64,000 nucleotides of DNA from an uncultured delta proteobacterium (lineage in GTDB: Bacteria; Myxococcota_A; Polyangia; Haliangiales; Haliangiaceae), in NCBI GenBank assembly GCA_963743525.1, contig CAVUQH010000003.1, positions 672,001 through 736,000 on the forward strand, given 5' to 3'. The notes under the pieces are model-generated. The model saw only the letters and a list, made by a program, of their open reading frames with translations. It searched no databases and was not told the origin of the DNA. The position numbers were made by a program, and so were the translations under genes. Shown here piece after piece: positions 34,078-47,300 of the stretch. Positions within the stretch are counted from its first letter, which is position 1, and every line of letters starts with the position of its first letter.

Positions 34078-35202
34078 ATGATGAAGCAGATCCTCCTGGG
34101 CGCCGCGCTGGCGGTCGCCGTCGTCCTCAGCATCGGCGCGCTGCGCGCGCGCCCGGCACCCGCCGGGTTCACCGCCGTCGCCGACGACGGCGGCGCGATG
34201 ACGGCGATCGCCATCCACTTCGACCCGCGCGTCGTCGCCGAAGTCGGCGAGACCTACGAGGATCTGCTCCGCGAGCTGCCGTCGGACGTGAAGGTGTACG
34301 TGCTGGTCGAAAAAGCCGCCGACTTCACCAGGCTGCAGCAGCTCGTTGCCGCCTGGCACGTGGCTGGGCCCGACCGTTTCCAGTCGGTGGTGGTCGGCAA
34401 GCGGATCACCACCTGGTCACGCGATCGCTACACCCTGGTCGATAGCAAGAACGGTCCGGTGCTGCTGGTCCCGCCGCGCCCGACCAGGGCCAACCCCGCG
34501 CGCGAGAACGACTGGGACGCGCCGTTCGCCCTGGCCGACGCCGTGCCCGGCCTGCGCACGCACATCGCCGACCTGATGTTCGAGGGCGGCGACATGACCG
34601 TCACGTCGAAGTACGTCTTTGCCACCGCAGTGCTGCGCGAACGCAACGAGGGTGGCGATCTGTACGACCCGCAGGAGCTGCGCGCGTGGCTGCGCCACTA
34701 CACCGGCAAAGAGCCGATCATCCTCGGCGACACCCCGGCCGATGTGCCGGCGCACCACATCGGCATGTTCGTCACGCCGCTCGACGATCACCGCATCATG
34801 GTCGGCGATCCCGACCTGGGGTTGGCGCTGTTCGATCGGTCCAAGAGCGATGCCAGCGTGTTGCCGTACCCGATCGATCGCCGGCAAGAGACGCTGCAGC
34901 GGTTCCGCAACGTCATCAACCAGCTCGACGCCGCCGGTTTCGAGCTCATCCGCGTGCCGCTGGTACCGTTGACCGACGGGCTCACCTACGTCACCTACAA
35001 CAACGTCCTGCTCGAGCACCGCGACGGCGCCGTCCACGCCTACGTGCCCCAGTTTGGCCTTCCCGCGATGGACCAGGCCGGCCGGGACGCCTTTGCCGCC
35101 GCCGGCGTCGTCGTCCATCCGGTCCGGGTCGCCAACATCTACCGCTACAACGGCACGGTTCGTTGCCTGGTCAACATCGTGCACCGCGCCGCGCGCCAGT
35201 AG
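34078..35202 (+). CDS. Secreted agmatine/peptidylarginine deiminase-fold protein
   Basis: WSRD, FEGGD, HHIG, TYNN and GTVRC in amidinotransferase-superfamily order; signal peptide. Confidence 0.75.
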   Translation: MMKQILLGAALAVAVVLSIGALRARPAPAGFTAVADDGGAMTAIAIHFDPRVVAEVGETYEDLLRELPSDVKVYVLVEKAADFTRLQQLVAAWHVAGPDRFQSVVVGKRITTWSRDRYTLVDSKNGPVLLVPPRPTRANPARENDWDAPFALADAVPGLRTHIADLMFEGGDMTVTSKYVFATAVLRERNEGGDLYDPQELRAWLRHYTGKEPIILGDTPADVPAHHIGMFVTPLDDHRIMVGDPDLGLALFDRSKSDASVLPYPIDRRQETLQRFRNVINQLDAAGFELIRVPLVPLTDGLTYVTYNNVLLEHRDGAVHAYVPQFGLPAMDQAGRDAFAAAGVVVHPVRVANIYRYNGTVRCLVNIVHRAARQ

Positions 35203-35364
35203 TCAGCCGAGGGGCACCGGTCGCGTGCGTTCGATGTTGCCCGCGAGGTCGGGTGGGCACGATTCCGACGGCCAACCCGAGGCGGAAGTCGGCGCGCGTT
35301 GTCATTCGCAACGCGCTGCGCCCTCCCGGACTGGGGTGGAGTCGCGAAATCAGCCTCCTGCGCG

Positions 35365-35380
35365 TGGCACGCGAGCTGCA
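35365..35380 (+). promoter_or_regulatory. Putative sigma-54 promoter
   Basis: TGGCACGCGAGCTGCA (GG-N10-GC), 15 nt before ATG 35396. Confidence 0.55.
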
Positions 35381-35395
35381 CCACGCGCGGGTGTC

Positions 35396-36214
35396 ATGCG
35401 TACGATTCCCCCGTTCCTCCTCGCTCTTGCCCTGGCGGCCACCTCCGCGTGCGCCGTCGACGACGGGCCGGTCACCGGGCGCGCCGCGCTGGTGACCTCC
35501 CCCGACCAGCCGGTGCGGTTGCTCCACGCCGAGATGGAGTTCGCCTGCGACTACGACAACACCGGCGCGTGCAACAACCCGCGCTACCGCGTGAACGCTC
35601 TGGTCGAGGTGCAGAACATCGCCTTCGACAAGACGGTCGCGCTGTTCGGCACCTGGGCCTACCGCACCGGCGCCTGGGACAACCTCGCCTTCGGCCAGTA
35701 TGTCGGGCCCGCCGGCGACGGCGCCGAGTACTGGCGGGTGACCAGCGACTGGCACAGCGGATCGCTGTGGGGGCAGACGGCGACCTTCGCGGTTCGCTAC
35801 GACGTCGCCGGCCGCAGCTACTGGGACAACAACGACAGCGGCGACTACTGTCTCGGTCGCAGCCGCAGCCCGTGCAACCAGCAGGTGCTCGGCGCCAGCA
35901 ACGTCGCGCTGACCGAGACCTTTTCCACCGTCGGGCGGTTCACCGGTCGCGTGCAGCTGAAGAACCTCGCCTACGACAAGGTCGTTCGCGTGGTCTACAC
36001 CACCGACGACTGGGCCACGGTCGACGAGACCTACGGCAGCTTCAACTACAGCCAGGGATACGACACCGAGTTCTGGACCTTCGACACCGAGTTGTCGGAG
36101 CTGGCGCGCCAGGTCGAGTTCGCGATCGAGTACCGCGTTGACGGACAGAGCTACTGGGACAACAACGCCCAGCAGAACTACGTCGTCGATATCCCGGCGC
36201 CTGCGCAACCCTGA
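35396..36214 (+). CDS. Lipoprotein with two CBM21-like carbohydrate-binding modules
   Basis: Lipobox TSA-C; repeated N(I/L)A(F/Y)DK.V...FA(V/I).Y.V.G..YWDNN. Confidence 0.85.
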   Translation: MRTIPPFLLALALAATSACAVDDGPVTGRAALVTSPDQPVRLLHAEMEFACDYDNTGACNNPRYRVNALVEVQNIAFDKTVALFGTWAYRTGAWDNLAFGQYVGPAGDGAEYWRVTSDWHSGSLWGQTATFAVRYDVAGRSYWDNNDSGDYCLGRSRSPCNQQVLGASNVALTETFSTVGRFTGRVQLKNLAYDKVVRVVYTTDDWATVDETYGSFNYSQGYDTEFWTFDTELSELARQVEFAIEYRVDGQSYWDNNAQQNYVVDIPAPAQP

Positions 36215-36280
36215 GTAATCAGGCGAGGGTGCGACGCATGCGCGGCCATGCTCGCATACCTTCGTTCTGGACACGGTAGT

Positions 36281-36347
36281 CGGTCGGCGGTTGCTGAAGA
36301 ACCGCGGGTTTCACTGGATCAATGAAGTTCCATACAACCGCTGACCG
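36281..36347. other. Structured intergenic element (13-bp inverted repeat enclosing two small hairpins)
   Basis: CGGTCGGCGGTTG / CAACCGCTGACCG between convergent genes. Confidence 0.45.
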
Positions 36348-36375
36348 CAGGCGAATGGCCGAGAGGCGCGATCCC

Positions 36376-37023
36376 TCATCCCGAGCGGGATCGATCGAGG
36401 CGGTCGGCGGCGATGGCGAAGCCGACGTAGCAGAGGAGCCCCACGGCGGCGGTGCGGATGGCCGTCTCCGGGCGGGGCCCGATCAGCGCGGAGCCCTGAA
36501 TGGCGACCATCGCGATGACGAACAGCAGCATGCCGCCGCGACGTGCCGGGCGGGTGGAGCGAAGGTAGAAGGCGACCGCGATCAGCAGTAGCCCCGCCTC
36601 GAGGGCGAAGTTGGCGTACGGGTGGTTCCACAGCCCGAGGCCGACCTTGTCTCGATCGCCGTAGAGCGGCAGGTCGGCGGTGTGCGAGATCAGGTCGGCG
36701 AACCAGTGCGACAGCACCACCGCACCGACGAGCAGCGCCGAGCCGTTCCAGCCCCACCAGCGGCGCCCGAGCATCCACACGATCGCCGCCAGCGCGGCCC
36801 ACCCGACGGTCGCGGTGAGGCCGTGGGAGTAGGGCACGTATTCGAGCACGTAATCGTTGGTGGCCGTGTAGCCGGGCACCAGGTCGACCCGTTCGACGCC
36901 GGCGAACAACAGCAGGCACCAGATGATGTCCATTAGCTGGGCGGCGATGAACAGCGGGCCCAGCCGCAGGCGCGGGTCGATCGCCTTGGCGGCGAAGCTG
37001 GCGCTGTAGTGGCCGACGAACAC
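36376..37023 (-). CDS. Membrane protein, metal-dependent hydrolase-like
   Basis: MFVGH, YSHGL, SHWFADLISH..DLPL; several TM helices. Confidence 0.8.
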   Translation of the reverse strand: MFVGHYSASFAAKAIDPRLRLGPLFIAAQLMDIIWCLLLFAGVERVDLVPGYTATNDYVLEYVPYSHGLTATVGWAALAAIVWMLGRRWWGWNGSALLVGAVVLSHWFADLISHTADLPLYGDRDKVGLGLWNHPYANFALEAGLLLIAVAFYLRSTRPARRGGMLLFVIAMVAIQGSALIGPRPETAIRTAAVGLLCYVGFAIAADRLDRSRSG

Positions 37024-37338
37024 CCGTATTCACTACCGAAACCGGGCCGCCGTGGAAAGCCCCTTGCTGGTATCGGTAGGGGCGCTGGGCAATGATTCCT
37101 ACATGTGGCCCCGCCCGTTCGCCAATGCAACAGCAGGATAGCGGCCCCCCACAGGGCCTGAGATTCCCGCGCTTGCGGGTTGGACCTATGAGTTCCAGCG
37201 GGGGAAGGGCGAGCGGGACGCTCGCGGGCAGCTCTTCGGCATCGACCACGACAGGTTCGAGCGCGTGGTGGATGCCAGCGGCACGCCACAGTTGCCCGCG
37301 GGGAAGATCGCATCCCCGCCTCGCGGTATTCTCGGGCC

Positions 37339-38589
37339 ATGCCTCCAGGCCCCGAGCTCGGCGTTGCAAGCACGATCATCTCGCTCGGAGATACCGAGGT
37401 CGCGACCGCGACGCCGGCTCCCGCGGAGGCCGGTGGGGAGAAACCGGGATCCGGCTCTCGCTACACCGTTCTCGACCATCTCGGTCAGGGCGGCATGGGC
37501 ACGGTGCAGCGGGTCTGGGACGCCGACCTGATGCGCGAGCTGGCGGTCAAGCGCCTGCGTCCCGAGCTGCGCGGCTCGTCGCAACTGGTGGACCAATTCC
37601 TGTGGGAGGCGCGGGTCACCGCGTACCTCGATCATCCCAACATCGTCCCGGTCCACGATCTCGGTGTCGCCGACGACGGCGACATCTACTTCACGATGAA
37701 GCGGGCGGCGGGGACGGCGCTCGACAAGGTTCTCGAGCTGTTGCGCGCCGGCGACGACGAGATCGCGGCAGCGATGACCCTGCCGCGCCGCCTGCGCCTG
37801 TTCGATCAGATGTGCAACGCCATCGCCTTTGCCCACGCGCGCGGCGTGCTCCACCGCGATCTCAAGCCGGGCAACGTCGTCCTCGGCGAGCACGGCGAGG
37901 TGCTGGTGATCGACTGGGGCCTGGCCATGCCGCTGCCCGGTCCGCGAGGCGATCGCCTGCGCGAGGCGATGCCGACCGGCCTGGCCGATCTCAGCGCCGG
38001 GACGCCGCTGTACATGTCACCCGAGCAGGCCCGCGGCGAGCCGCTCGACGAGCGCTCGGACGTCTTCACCCTGGGCATCATCCTCTACGAGCTGTGCTCG
38101 CTGGCCACGCCGTTCTCCGGTCCGTCGGCGCCGACGGTGCTCGCGCAGATCGCGGCGGGGGTATCGCGCCCGCTGGCCGAGGTCTGGCCCGACGCGCCGC
38201 CGTCGCTGGTCGCGGTGGTCGAGCGCGCGATCGCCCACGATCCGGCCGATCGCTATCCGACGGTGATGGCGCTGGCCGCCGACGTCGAGCGCATTCTCGA
38301 TGGCCAGACGCCGGACGCGGAGTCGATCTCGGTGGCGCGCCGCTTTGCCCGCTTCTACGTGTCGCGCGATCCGGCCATGGCCCGGATGCGCGTGGTCGAC
38401 ATCGATGTGTGGGTAGCGGGCGGGATGCTCGTCGGTGTCGGCGCCGGCGGTCTCCTCGCCGGCGTGGTCACGACGGCGGCCTTCGTCCCGATTGGTGTGC
38501 TCGGCCTGGCCATTGCTGCGATACCGACCTGGCGCTGGCTGCGCCTGCGCGCCAGGGCCCGGTCGGCGACCGGCGGCAGCGCGCCGTAG
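37339..38589 (+). CDS. Ser/Thr protein kinase with two C-terminal TM helices
   Basis: GQGGMG, HRDLKPGN, DWG, GTPLYMSPE. Confidence 0.92.
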   Translation: MPPGPELGVASTIISLGDTEVATATPAPAEAGGEKPGSGSRYTVLDHLGQGGMGTVQRVWDADLMRELAVKRLRPELRGSSQLVDQFLWEARVTAYLDHPNIVPVHDLGVADDGDIYFTMKRAAGTALDKVLELLRAGDDEIAAAMTLPRRLRLFDQMCNAIAFAHARGVLHRDLKPGNVVLGEHGEVLVIDWGLAMPLPGPRGDRLREAMPTGLADLSAGTPLYMSPEQARGEPLDERSDVFTLGIILYELCSLATPFSGPSAPTVLAQIAAGVSRPLAEVWPDAPPSLVAVVERAIAHDPADRYPTVMALAADVERILDGQTPDAESISVARRFARFYVSRDPAMARMRVVDIDVWVAGGMLVGVGAGGLLAGVVTTAAFVPIGVLGLAIAAIPTWRWLRLRARARSATGGSAP

Positions 38590-38591
38590 CC

Positions 38592-39140
38592 ATGTCGACG
38601 CCGGACCAACCAACCCTGGGCCACCTCCTCTACCGGGCGGCGCGTCAACTGCTGCGCGGGCCCCGTCTCGAGCGCCACGAATGGCTGCTGCTGGTGCCGC
38701 GCATCCAGCCTCGTCCCACCGACTACCGCGACGCGCCGGTTCCGACGGTCGCCGATCTGGTCGAGCGGCTGGAGCGGCTCGGCTATCGTCTCGCCGTGTC
38801 GTCGGCCGATGTGAGGAGCAAGCGCGCCCATTCGCTCGATCTGCGCTCGCCGCTGGCCGGCAGCGCCTTCACCCTGCGCGATCGGCGCCTGGGGCCGGAC
38901 GACAGCTGGGTGACCGTGCGGGTCAGTCAGCTGACCGGCGAGCGCCCTGGGATGGGCTTCGTCGAGGCGCGCGATCGGCGCGGACGCGGCTACGAGGAGC
39001 TGGCGCTCTTCCTCATCTCCGAGCTCGCGACCGTGGTGCCGGGGCTGGCCTACAAGCCGGCCAGCTCGGCGCTGTCGGCCGATCCTGCCGAGCGGCTGCT
39101 CCTGGTCCTTCCCGATCGCCCTGAGTCGCTGAGCTCCTGA
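38592..39140 (+). CDS. Hypothetical protein downstream of kinase
   Basis: ATG 2 nt after the kinase stop; C-terminal part of ORF 37092..39140. Confidence 0.6.
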   Translation: MSTPDQPTLGHLLYRAARQLLRGPRLERHEWLLLVPRIQPRPTDYRDAPVPTVADLVERLERLGYRLAVSSADVRSKRAHSLDLRSPLAGSAFTLRDRRLGPDDSWVTVRVSQLTGERPGMGFVEARDRRGRGYEELALFLISELATVVPGLAYKPASSALSADPAERLLLVLPDRPESLSS

Positions 39141-39263
39141 GCATTCGCCCGGCCGCACGGACATGTCGTTTTTCTGCGCGACATGTGCGGGGAGGTCGCG
39201 TCCGGACCGGGTGAACGCCAACGGCGGGCCCTGGCCCGTCCATCGAATGGAAGGAATTTCGAG

Positions 39264-39885
39264 ATGATGCGACCCACTCTGACCCTGCTCACCCTCTCTG
39301 TCATCGCCACGACGGGCTGCTTCGCGCTGCCGTCGGCCCAGGCACCCAAGACCGGCGCGGTCGCCACTGGCGAGCCGCTCAACGTGGTCAACGACGTCAA
39401 GGTCTGGACCACCACCAGTAAGGAGAAAGTCGGCGAAGCCGTGCACAAGGACGCCGACGGCAACACCGTCGGCAGCACCGATGTCTACGCCGAGAAGACC
39501 CACGTCCACACCCAGAAGGTCTGGTACGTGGTGCAAGGGCCGGAGCAGATCGCCGACGAGGATTTCTTCCGCATCGCCGGCGATCAGCAGGCGGTCGACC
39601 TGACCCTGAAGATGCGCCAGGAGGGACGCCGGCAGAACCGCAACGGCAAGATCGCCATGGGCGCCGGCATCGTCGGCATGATCGCCGGCTTCTTCGTGCC
39701 GCAGCCGATCATCCGCACCGTGCTGCTGGTCGGCGGCGGCCTGACGGTGAGCGGCGGCTGGTACTGGGCCTACGCCGGCGCCAAGAAGATGGAGCCGGAG
39801 ACTCACGCGGTCCAGCGGTCGATGGCCGAGCGCGCTGCGCGCGACTACAACCAGGGGCTCGGCTCGACCAGCACCAACGTCGGCA

Positions 39886-39908
<23 letters not shown>
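39264..39908 (+). CDS. Lipoprotein with two late hydrophobic segments
   Basis: AAGGA RBS, lipobox TTG-C, strong GC3 bias. Confidence 0.75.
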
Positions 39909-41817
<1,909 letters not shown>

Positions 41818-41818
41818 G

Positions 41819-42710
41819 CTACTCCGCTCGGCTCCGCGCCTCGAGCACCCGCACGATGCTCACGTCGAGCTGGCTGGCGATGAGGCGCATGATGCTGCCG
41901 AGCTCGCCGTCATCGACCGACAGCTGGTCTGCCAGCCGCTCGCGGGTCGCCGACAACAGCGCCTCGCGCGCGGCGGCGACTCGGCGGGCCGCCGTCGAAC
42001 CGGTGGATGCCGTAGAGCCCGGCAATCTGATCGATGGTGAGCCCGGCGACCAGGTGCTGGCGCAGAGCGTTGCGCTGCTGGCTGGTGAGCGAGGCGATCG
42101 CCTGCTCGAAGGCGGCCTTGAACGCCGCGCGATAGTGGCGCTTGAGGTAGGCCAGCTCGACGTCGTCGTCCGGATCCGCGACCATCATCAGGCCGCCAGC
42201 GCCGCCGACTTCGCGCCGTCCGGGCGCGCGCCGGGTGGCGTCGAGGAACGTCCGCACCGCGGTGATGCGCACCCAGTTCTGCAGGAAGCCGAGCCCCGAG
42301 TAGTCGGCGATCTTCGGTCGGGCGCCGGCCGGTGCCACCAGGATCTTCTCGCGCACCTGCTGGCCGATGTCCTCGACGTCGAGGCCGGTGCGGCGGAAGC
42401 GTGCCGCCACGGCGTCGATGTCCTTGCCGTACTCGGCCTCGAACGCGGCGACCGCCGCCGCCTCGCCGGCCGCGCAGCCACACGCCAGGTAGAGGTCGTC
42501 GGTGTGTAGGCCGGCCAGCGTGCCGCCCGTCGCCCGCGCCGCCAGATAGCGCGCGAACATGACATCGTCGACCTCGACCCCCGGCCAGCGCAGGCGCGCG
42601 CCGGCGTGCGCGGCGGACAACGCCTCGTCGAGCTCGGGCAGGGCGCCGGCGTCAGCGCGCTGGTCCTCGTCCAGCGCGGCCAGGAAGTCGCTGCCCAGCG
42701 CACCTGCCAT
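41819..42710 (-). CDS. Myxobacterial ECF-like sigma-70 factor; +1 frameshift at ~41998
   Basis: DLYLACGCAAG, YSGLG.LQNW, region-4 GLTIDQIAGLYGIHR continuing as STAARRVAAARE...SQLDVSI in the next frame. Confidence 0.8.
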
Positions 42711-42910
42711 GCGCCGGAGCGTACCGCGTACGCCCGCTCGCGCCAGCCGATTGCGCCGCGGACGCGCGGCTACGGCACCATCGAGGTCACCATCCCGCTC
42801 AGGGCGAACTGTTCTTGCACGACGCGTTCCACAGCCGGGGCCCGGTCGTCGCCCTCGGAGTTGGTATGGGCGGTTCCCTGTCGCCGGCGCGTGAGGCTAC
42901 CATCGCCCGC

Positions 42911-43534
42911 ATGGCGATCAAGCTTCTCCATCACCCCTACTCGCGCGCGGCAGCTACGCTCTGGGTGCTCGAAGAGGTCGGCTGCGACTACGAGCTCGAG
43001 TACGTCGATCTCATGCGCGGCGAGCAGAAGGAGACCCGCGTCCGAACCCTGAACCCGATGGGCAAGTTGCCCACGTTGATCGACGGGGATGCGGTCATTT
43101 CGGAGGCTGCGGCCATCGCCGTCTATCTGGCGGATCGCTACGCGCCGGGCAGGCTGGCTCCGGCCCTCGATGCGCCGGAGCGGGGCACCTATCTGCGGTG
43201 GTCGTTCTATGCGCCGTCGGTGATCGAGCCCGGCTGCATGGCCCACGCGAGCAAGTGGGAATACCGCGCCAGCTCGGCGGGATTCGGCACCTACGACGAA
43301 ATGCTCGACACCATCTCCGCCGCCATCGGCGACGGGCCGTGGCTGCTCGGCGAGCAGTTCTCGATGGCCGACGTCATCTTTGGCGGAACCGTCCGCTACA
43401 TGACCATGTTCGGCATGCTCGACGAGCGTCCCGAGTATGTCGCCTACGTCGAGCGGTTGTCTGCGCGGCCCGCCGCGCAACGCGCCCAGGCGATCAACGA
43501 CCGCATCGTCGAAGAACGTGGCCTGAAGCGGTAG
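42911..43534 (+). CDS. Glutathione S-transferase family protein
   Basis: NPMGKLPTL, ISEAAAI..YL, WLLGEQFSMADV. Confidence 0.93.
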   Translation: MAIKLLHHPYSRAAATLWVLEEVGCDYELEYVDLMRGEQKETRVRTLNPMGKLPTLIDGDAVISEAAAIAVYLADRYAPGRLAPALDAPERGTYLRWSFYAPSVIEPGCMAHASKWEYRASSAGFGTYDEMLDTISAAIGDGPWLLGEQFSMADVIFGGTVRYMTMFGMLDERPEYVAYVERLSARPAAQRAQAINDRIVEERGLKR

Positions 43535-43548
43535 CTCGCCCGGCGCTG

Positions 43549-44121
43549 CTACTCGGTCTGGTTCCAGCGCTGGACGATGCGCTGCTCGCGGCGGTAGCCG
43601 AGCACGCTCACCGACGCGGTGTCGAGCACGAACACCCGGCCCCACGCCGCCTCCAGGCCCACCCAGCGGGCGGCCAATACCGCCAGAACGTGGGCGTGGG
43701 CGAACAACGCGACCCGACCCTTCTGCGCCACGGCTCGCTCGATCACCCGGTCCGCGCGAGCGCCGACCGCGTCGACGCTCTCGCCGTCGACCACCCCGTC
43801 GCGCCAGATTTCCCAGCCCGGCCGCTCGCGCCGGATGTCGACCGTGGTCCGCCCTTCGTACTCTCCGTAGTCCCATTCGCGAAGGTTGGGCTCGATTGCG
43901 GCGGCGTCGCTGAAGCCAGCCAGCTCGCATGTCTCGCGCGCTCGCTGCAGCGGGCTGGTCATCACCAGCGAGAAATCCGTCTCGGCCAGACGCGTCCGCA
44001 ACCGGTCTGCCCGCTCGCGTCCCGTCGCGGTGAGCGCCAGGTCAGTGAGACCGGTGTGCTTGTGAGCGGTGCTCCACTCGGTCTCGCCGTGGCGAATCAG
44101 CCAGAGCTCGTGCTGATCCAT
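43549..44121 (-). CDS. Histidine phosphatase (phosphoglycerate mutase family)
   Basis: RHGETEWS, SPLQRARET, EWDYGEYEG, FAH. Confidence 0.92.
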   Translation of the reverse strand: MDQHELWLIRHGETEWSTAHKHTGLTDLALTATGRERADRLRTRLAETDFSLVMTSPLQRARETCELAGFSDAAAIEPNLREWDYGEYEGRTTVDIRRERPGWEIWRDGVVDGESVDAVGARADRVIERAVAQKGRVALFAHAHVLAVLAARWVGLEAAWGRVFVLDTASVSVLGYRREQRIVQRWNQTE

Positions 44122-44305
44122 CAGACCGTGCACGGCTCCCTTACTACCATCCAGGGCTTGCTGTCCGCCCGGGCAAATGTGAAGAATCCCTCGTGATTCT
44201 CGCCGTATCCGGAGCGGCGGGAGGGCTTCGAGAAAGCGGGCAAGAATCGTCTGTTTCGAGGGGGTTTTCCACTAACCCTGGGCGTAACATGGCTGGAAAC
44301 TCGCA

Positions 44306-47300
44306 ATGCGTCTCACCGATAAACGCTATTCCGCTACCGACTCGGGTGCGGACCAGTCTGGCCCTGAGGGCAGCCTCGCGCCTGGAAGGCGGACGCGAAC
44401 TGACGCCCGTTACGGCGACAACAAGGGCAGCAAGTCGCCGATCCAGCGCAAGGGCGACGGCGCCGTGGAAGAGACGCCATCGTTGTCGAGCGGGGGAACG
44501 CCGCTGCCACCGCCGGTGCAGACCAAGATGGAAGGCGCTTTCGGCGCCGACTTCTCCGACGTGCGAGTGCATGCCGACAGCGGGGCGCCGACGCAAGTCG
44601 GTGCGGTCGCCTACGCCCAGGGACGCGACATCGCGTTTGCCCCCGGTCAGTACGATCCGTCGAGCCAGTCCGGCCAGGAGCTCATCGGCCACGAGCTGAC
44701 CCACGTCGTCCAGCAAAGCGGCGGCCAGGTCGGTGTGCAGACCAAGGGCGGCGACGTCAACTCGGATAGCTCGCTGGAGTCCGAGGCCGACGACCTCGGT
44801 GCGCGCGCGGCGCGCGGCCAGGCGGTCGCGGTCAGGGGCGTCGGCGGCGGCATTCAGCGCAAGGGCGGCCAGAAGGACGCCAGGACCATCGCCCTCGAGG
44901 TCACCCGAGAGCTGATGAACGGCGTCGAAGGCGAAGCGGCGCACGACGCCGCCGGCCAGGCGGCGAAAGCGGGCGTCAACGCCAAGCTCAGGCCGCACGT
45001 CGTCCAGCAGGCAAAGGCCGCCGCAGACGAAGCGGCCAGTCGCCTGATCCTGGCCGCGACCGACGGCACCTCGGGCACGATCTTCAGCACCCAGCACGGC
45101 ACCGGCGAGTTCACCGAAGCGACCTCGCAGAACGCGCGGGAAGCGACCGACGAGATCCGCCAGGGACACGGCTACAGCCAGGCCAGCTCCAAGGAAGTCG
45201 GCGACACGGTGGGGCGCGCGAGCCAGGAAGGCGGCAAACAAGCCGCCACCGTGATGGCCACGCGGCTGGCCGGTGAGACGGCCCGCGGCGTCGCCGACGA
45301 GGCGCTCGAAGGCGCCGAGCAGCAGGTCGCCGCGCAGATCCTCGATCTGGCGGGCTCGCGAGTGGCCTCGGTGAAGGAAAGCGTCGTGACCAGGGTGGCG
45401 GCCCGGGTGACGACGCTGACCTCGAAGTCTCCGCAGCTCTCCGACAACGCGATCCGCACGGTGCAGAACCTGCTGTTGGAGCGATGCGTGGAGCAGGCGC
45501 TCGCCGACCAGAGCCTGTTCAAGGCGGCGCAGAAGGCGGCCAAGAAGCTCAAGAGCTCCACGGCCAGCTCGGCCAAGGAGACGGTGACCTCCCAGGTCGC
45601 CGGGCAAGAGGACGACGTGCGGCGCACGGCCATCGGCGAAGCCGGCGTGGCTGCGCGCAGCGCCCTGGCCGGTATCGAAGACGCGGCCGATGACGAGGAT
45701 ACCGCGCCGCTGTTCAACACCCTCATTCAGGAGCTGGAGACCGCGCTCGAGCCGTATGTCGGATCGCAGCTCAAGGCGACGCGCTTCCACCAGTTCGGTC
45801 GCCGGCGCGAGCTGCGCGAGCAGCTCAAGGGCGTCGCGCGCCAGGTGGTCAACACCGAGATCACGCAGCTGATGCCGCAGGGCGACGACCGCGTCGGCCA
45901 CGAGAACGAGCTCACCTACAAGGAGACGCTGGCCAAACGCGAGGCGTATACCGAGGTCAAGGAAGACGTCGACGAGTTCCTGACCCAGATCGCGGCGGGC
46001 ATCGCCAGCCGCGCGGCCCGCGACCAGAAGATGGCGATGGCCAGCTGCGCGTACGAAGCCAAGAAGGCGCACGCGCGGGTGGAGAAAGCCCTGCGCGCGG
46101 CCAAGTCGAACATGCTCTCGCACGCCAAGACGCAGGCCTCCGCCTGGGTCGACCAGATGTTCAGCGCGCTGGCCGGCGGTGGCGGCGCCGAGCAGGAGGC
46201 CCGGGACGTCAGCGGATTCCAACGCTGACGTCGGCCAGCTGGTGCGCGGCCGCCGGGTCGCGGAGAAGTCGATCGAGGCGGCGGACTCCGAAGAGGGCGT
46301 CGGCATGATCGGCAAGCTCCTCGACGCCGTCATCCCCGATGCCGGCGACGGTCTGTCGGCCAAGATCAGCCTGAAGATCCCGCTGGTGACCGACCCGTAC
46401 GGCGGTCAGGTGGCCAAGCTCAACCTCATCTGCGACGTCAACGGCAAGGCCGGCCGCGGTACCGAAGGTTTCGTCACCGCCGGCGTACCCGCCATCGCCT
46501 CCAACCCGAACCACCTCGAGCTCGAGCTCGGGTATTCGATCGGACTGCAGGCCGAGGCGGGCGCCTCGTCGGTTCTGGGCGCCGACATCAGCGCCAGCTA
46601 CAAGTCGTTCGTGCGCGCCGGCGCCGACAGCACCCAGAGCGCCATGGCTGCGTTCCGCTACGCGATCTATCGCGGCACGCCGGTCAAATCGCTGGCCGCC
46701 GCCTGGTATGGCGGTTTCGTGCAGAAGCGCGGTGGCATGCCCCAGGCCGACTACATGCTCGCCGAGCAGCGCGCTGCAGCGGTGGAGGAACAGCATTTCC
46801 GCGCCGACGGCAAGCAGCGCACGTTCGCCCAGCACGGGCGCGGGATCGGCATCGACGCGTCGGCCGCTGCCAACGCCGACGGCGGCGGAATGGCCAAGCT
46901 GGGCGCCAAGGCCGAGGCCTCCGGCGGCTACAGTCGCTTCCGCAATATCACCGGCGAGACGCTGGGCGAGCTCGACGGCGAGGGGATGGGTGGCGGTCCG
47001 AAGACCCAGGAGGAGGCCAAGCGGCGCCGCGCGGCGATGAGCAAGGGCCTCGGCTCCGAAGGCAAGAACGCGTTCTCGGCTTCACTGGCGACCGAGGTCA
47101 ACGTGCTCGGCCAGGGCATCTCGCTGTCCGGCGCGATCAGCGGCACCGGCCTCCAGAACTGGGGCGTAGAGCTGAAGGCCGGCATCGCCGGCATGCTCGC
47201 CAACAACACTCCGATGGACGCCATCATCACGGTGGCCAACGGCATCTACGAGCTCGAGCAGAAGCTGTTGAGCGCCTTGGGCTCGCACCTCGACAAGAAA

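Noticed and set aside
36294..36334. Hammerhead ribozyme (CTGAAGA matches CUGANGA)
   Set aside because: The required GAAA after stem II is absent.
37100..37338. Coding-like stretch (WTYEFQRGKGERD...) upstream of the kinase
   Set aside because: No credible start or recognisable family; at most a gene remnant.
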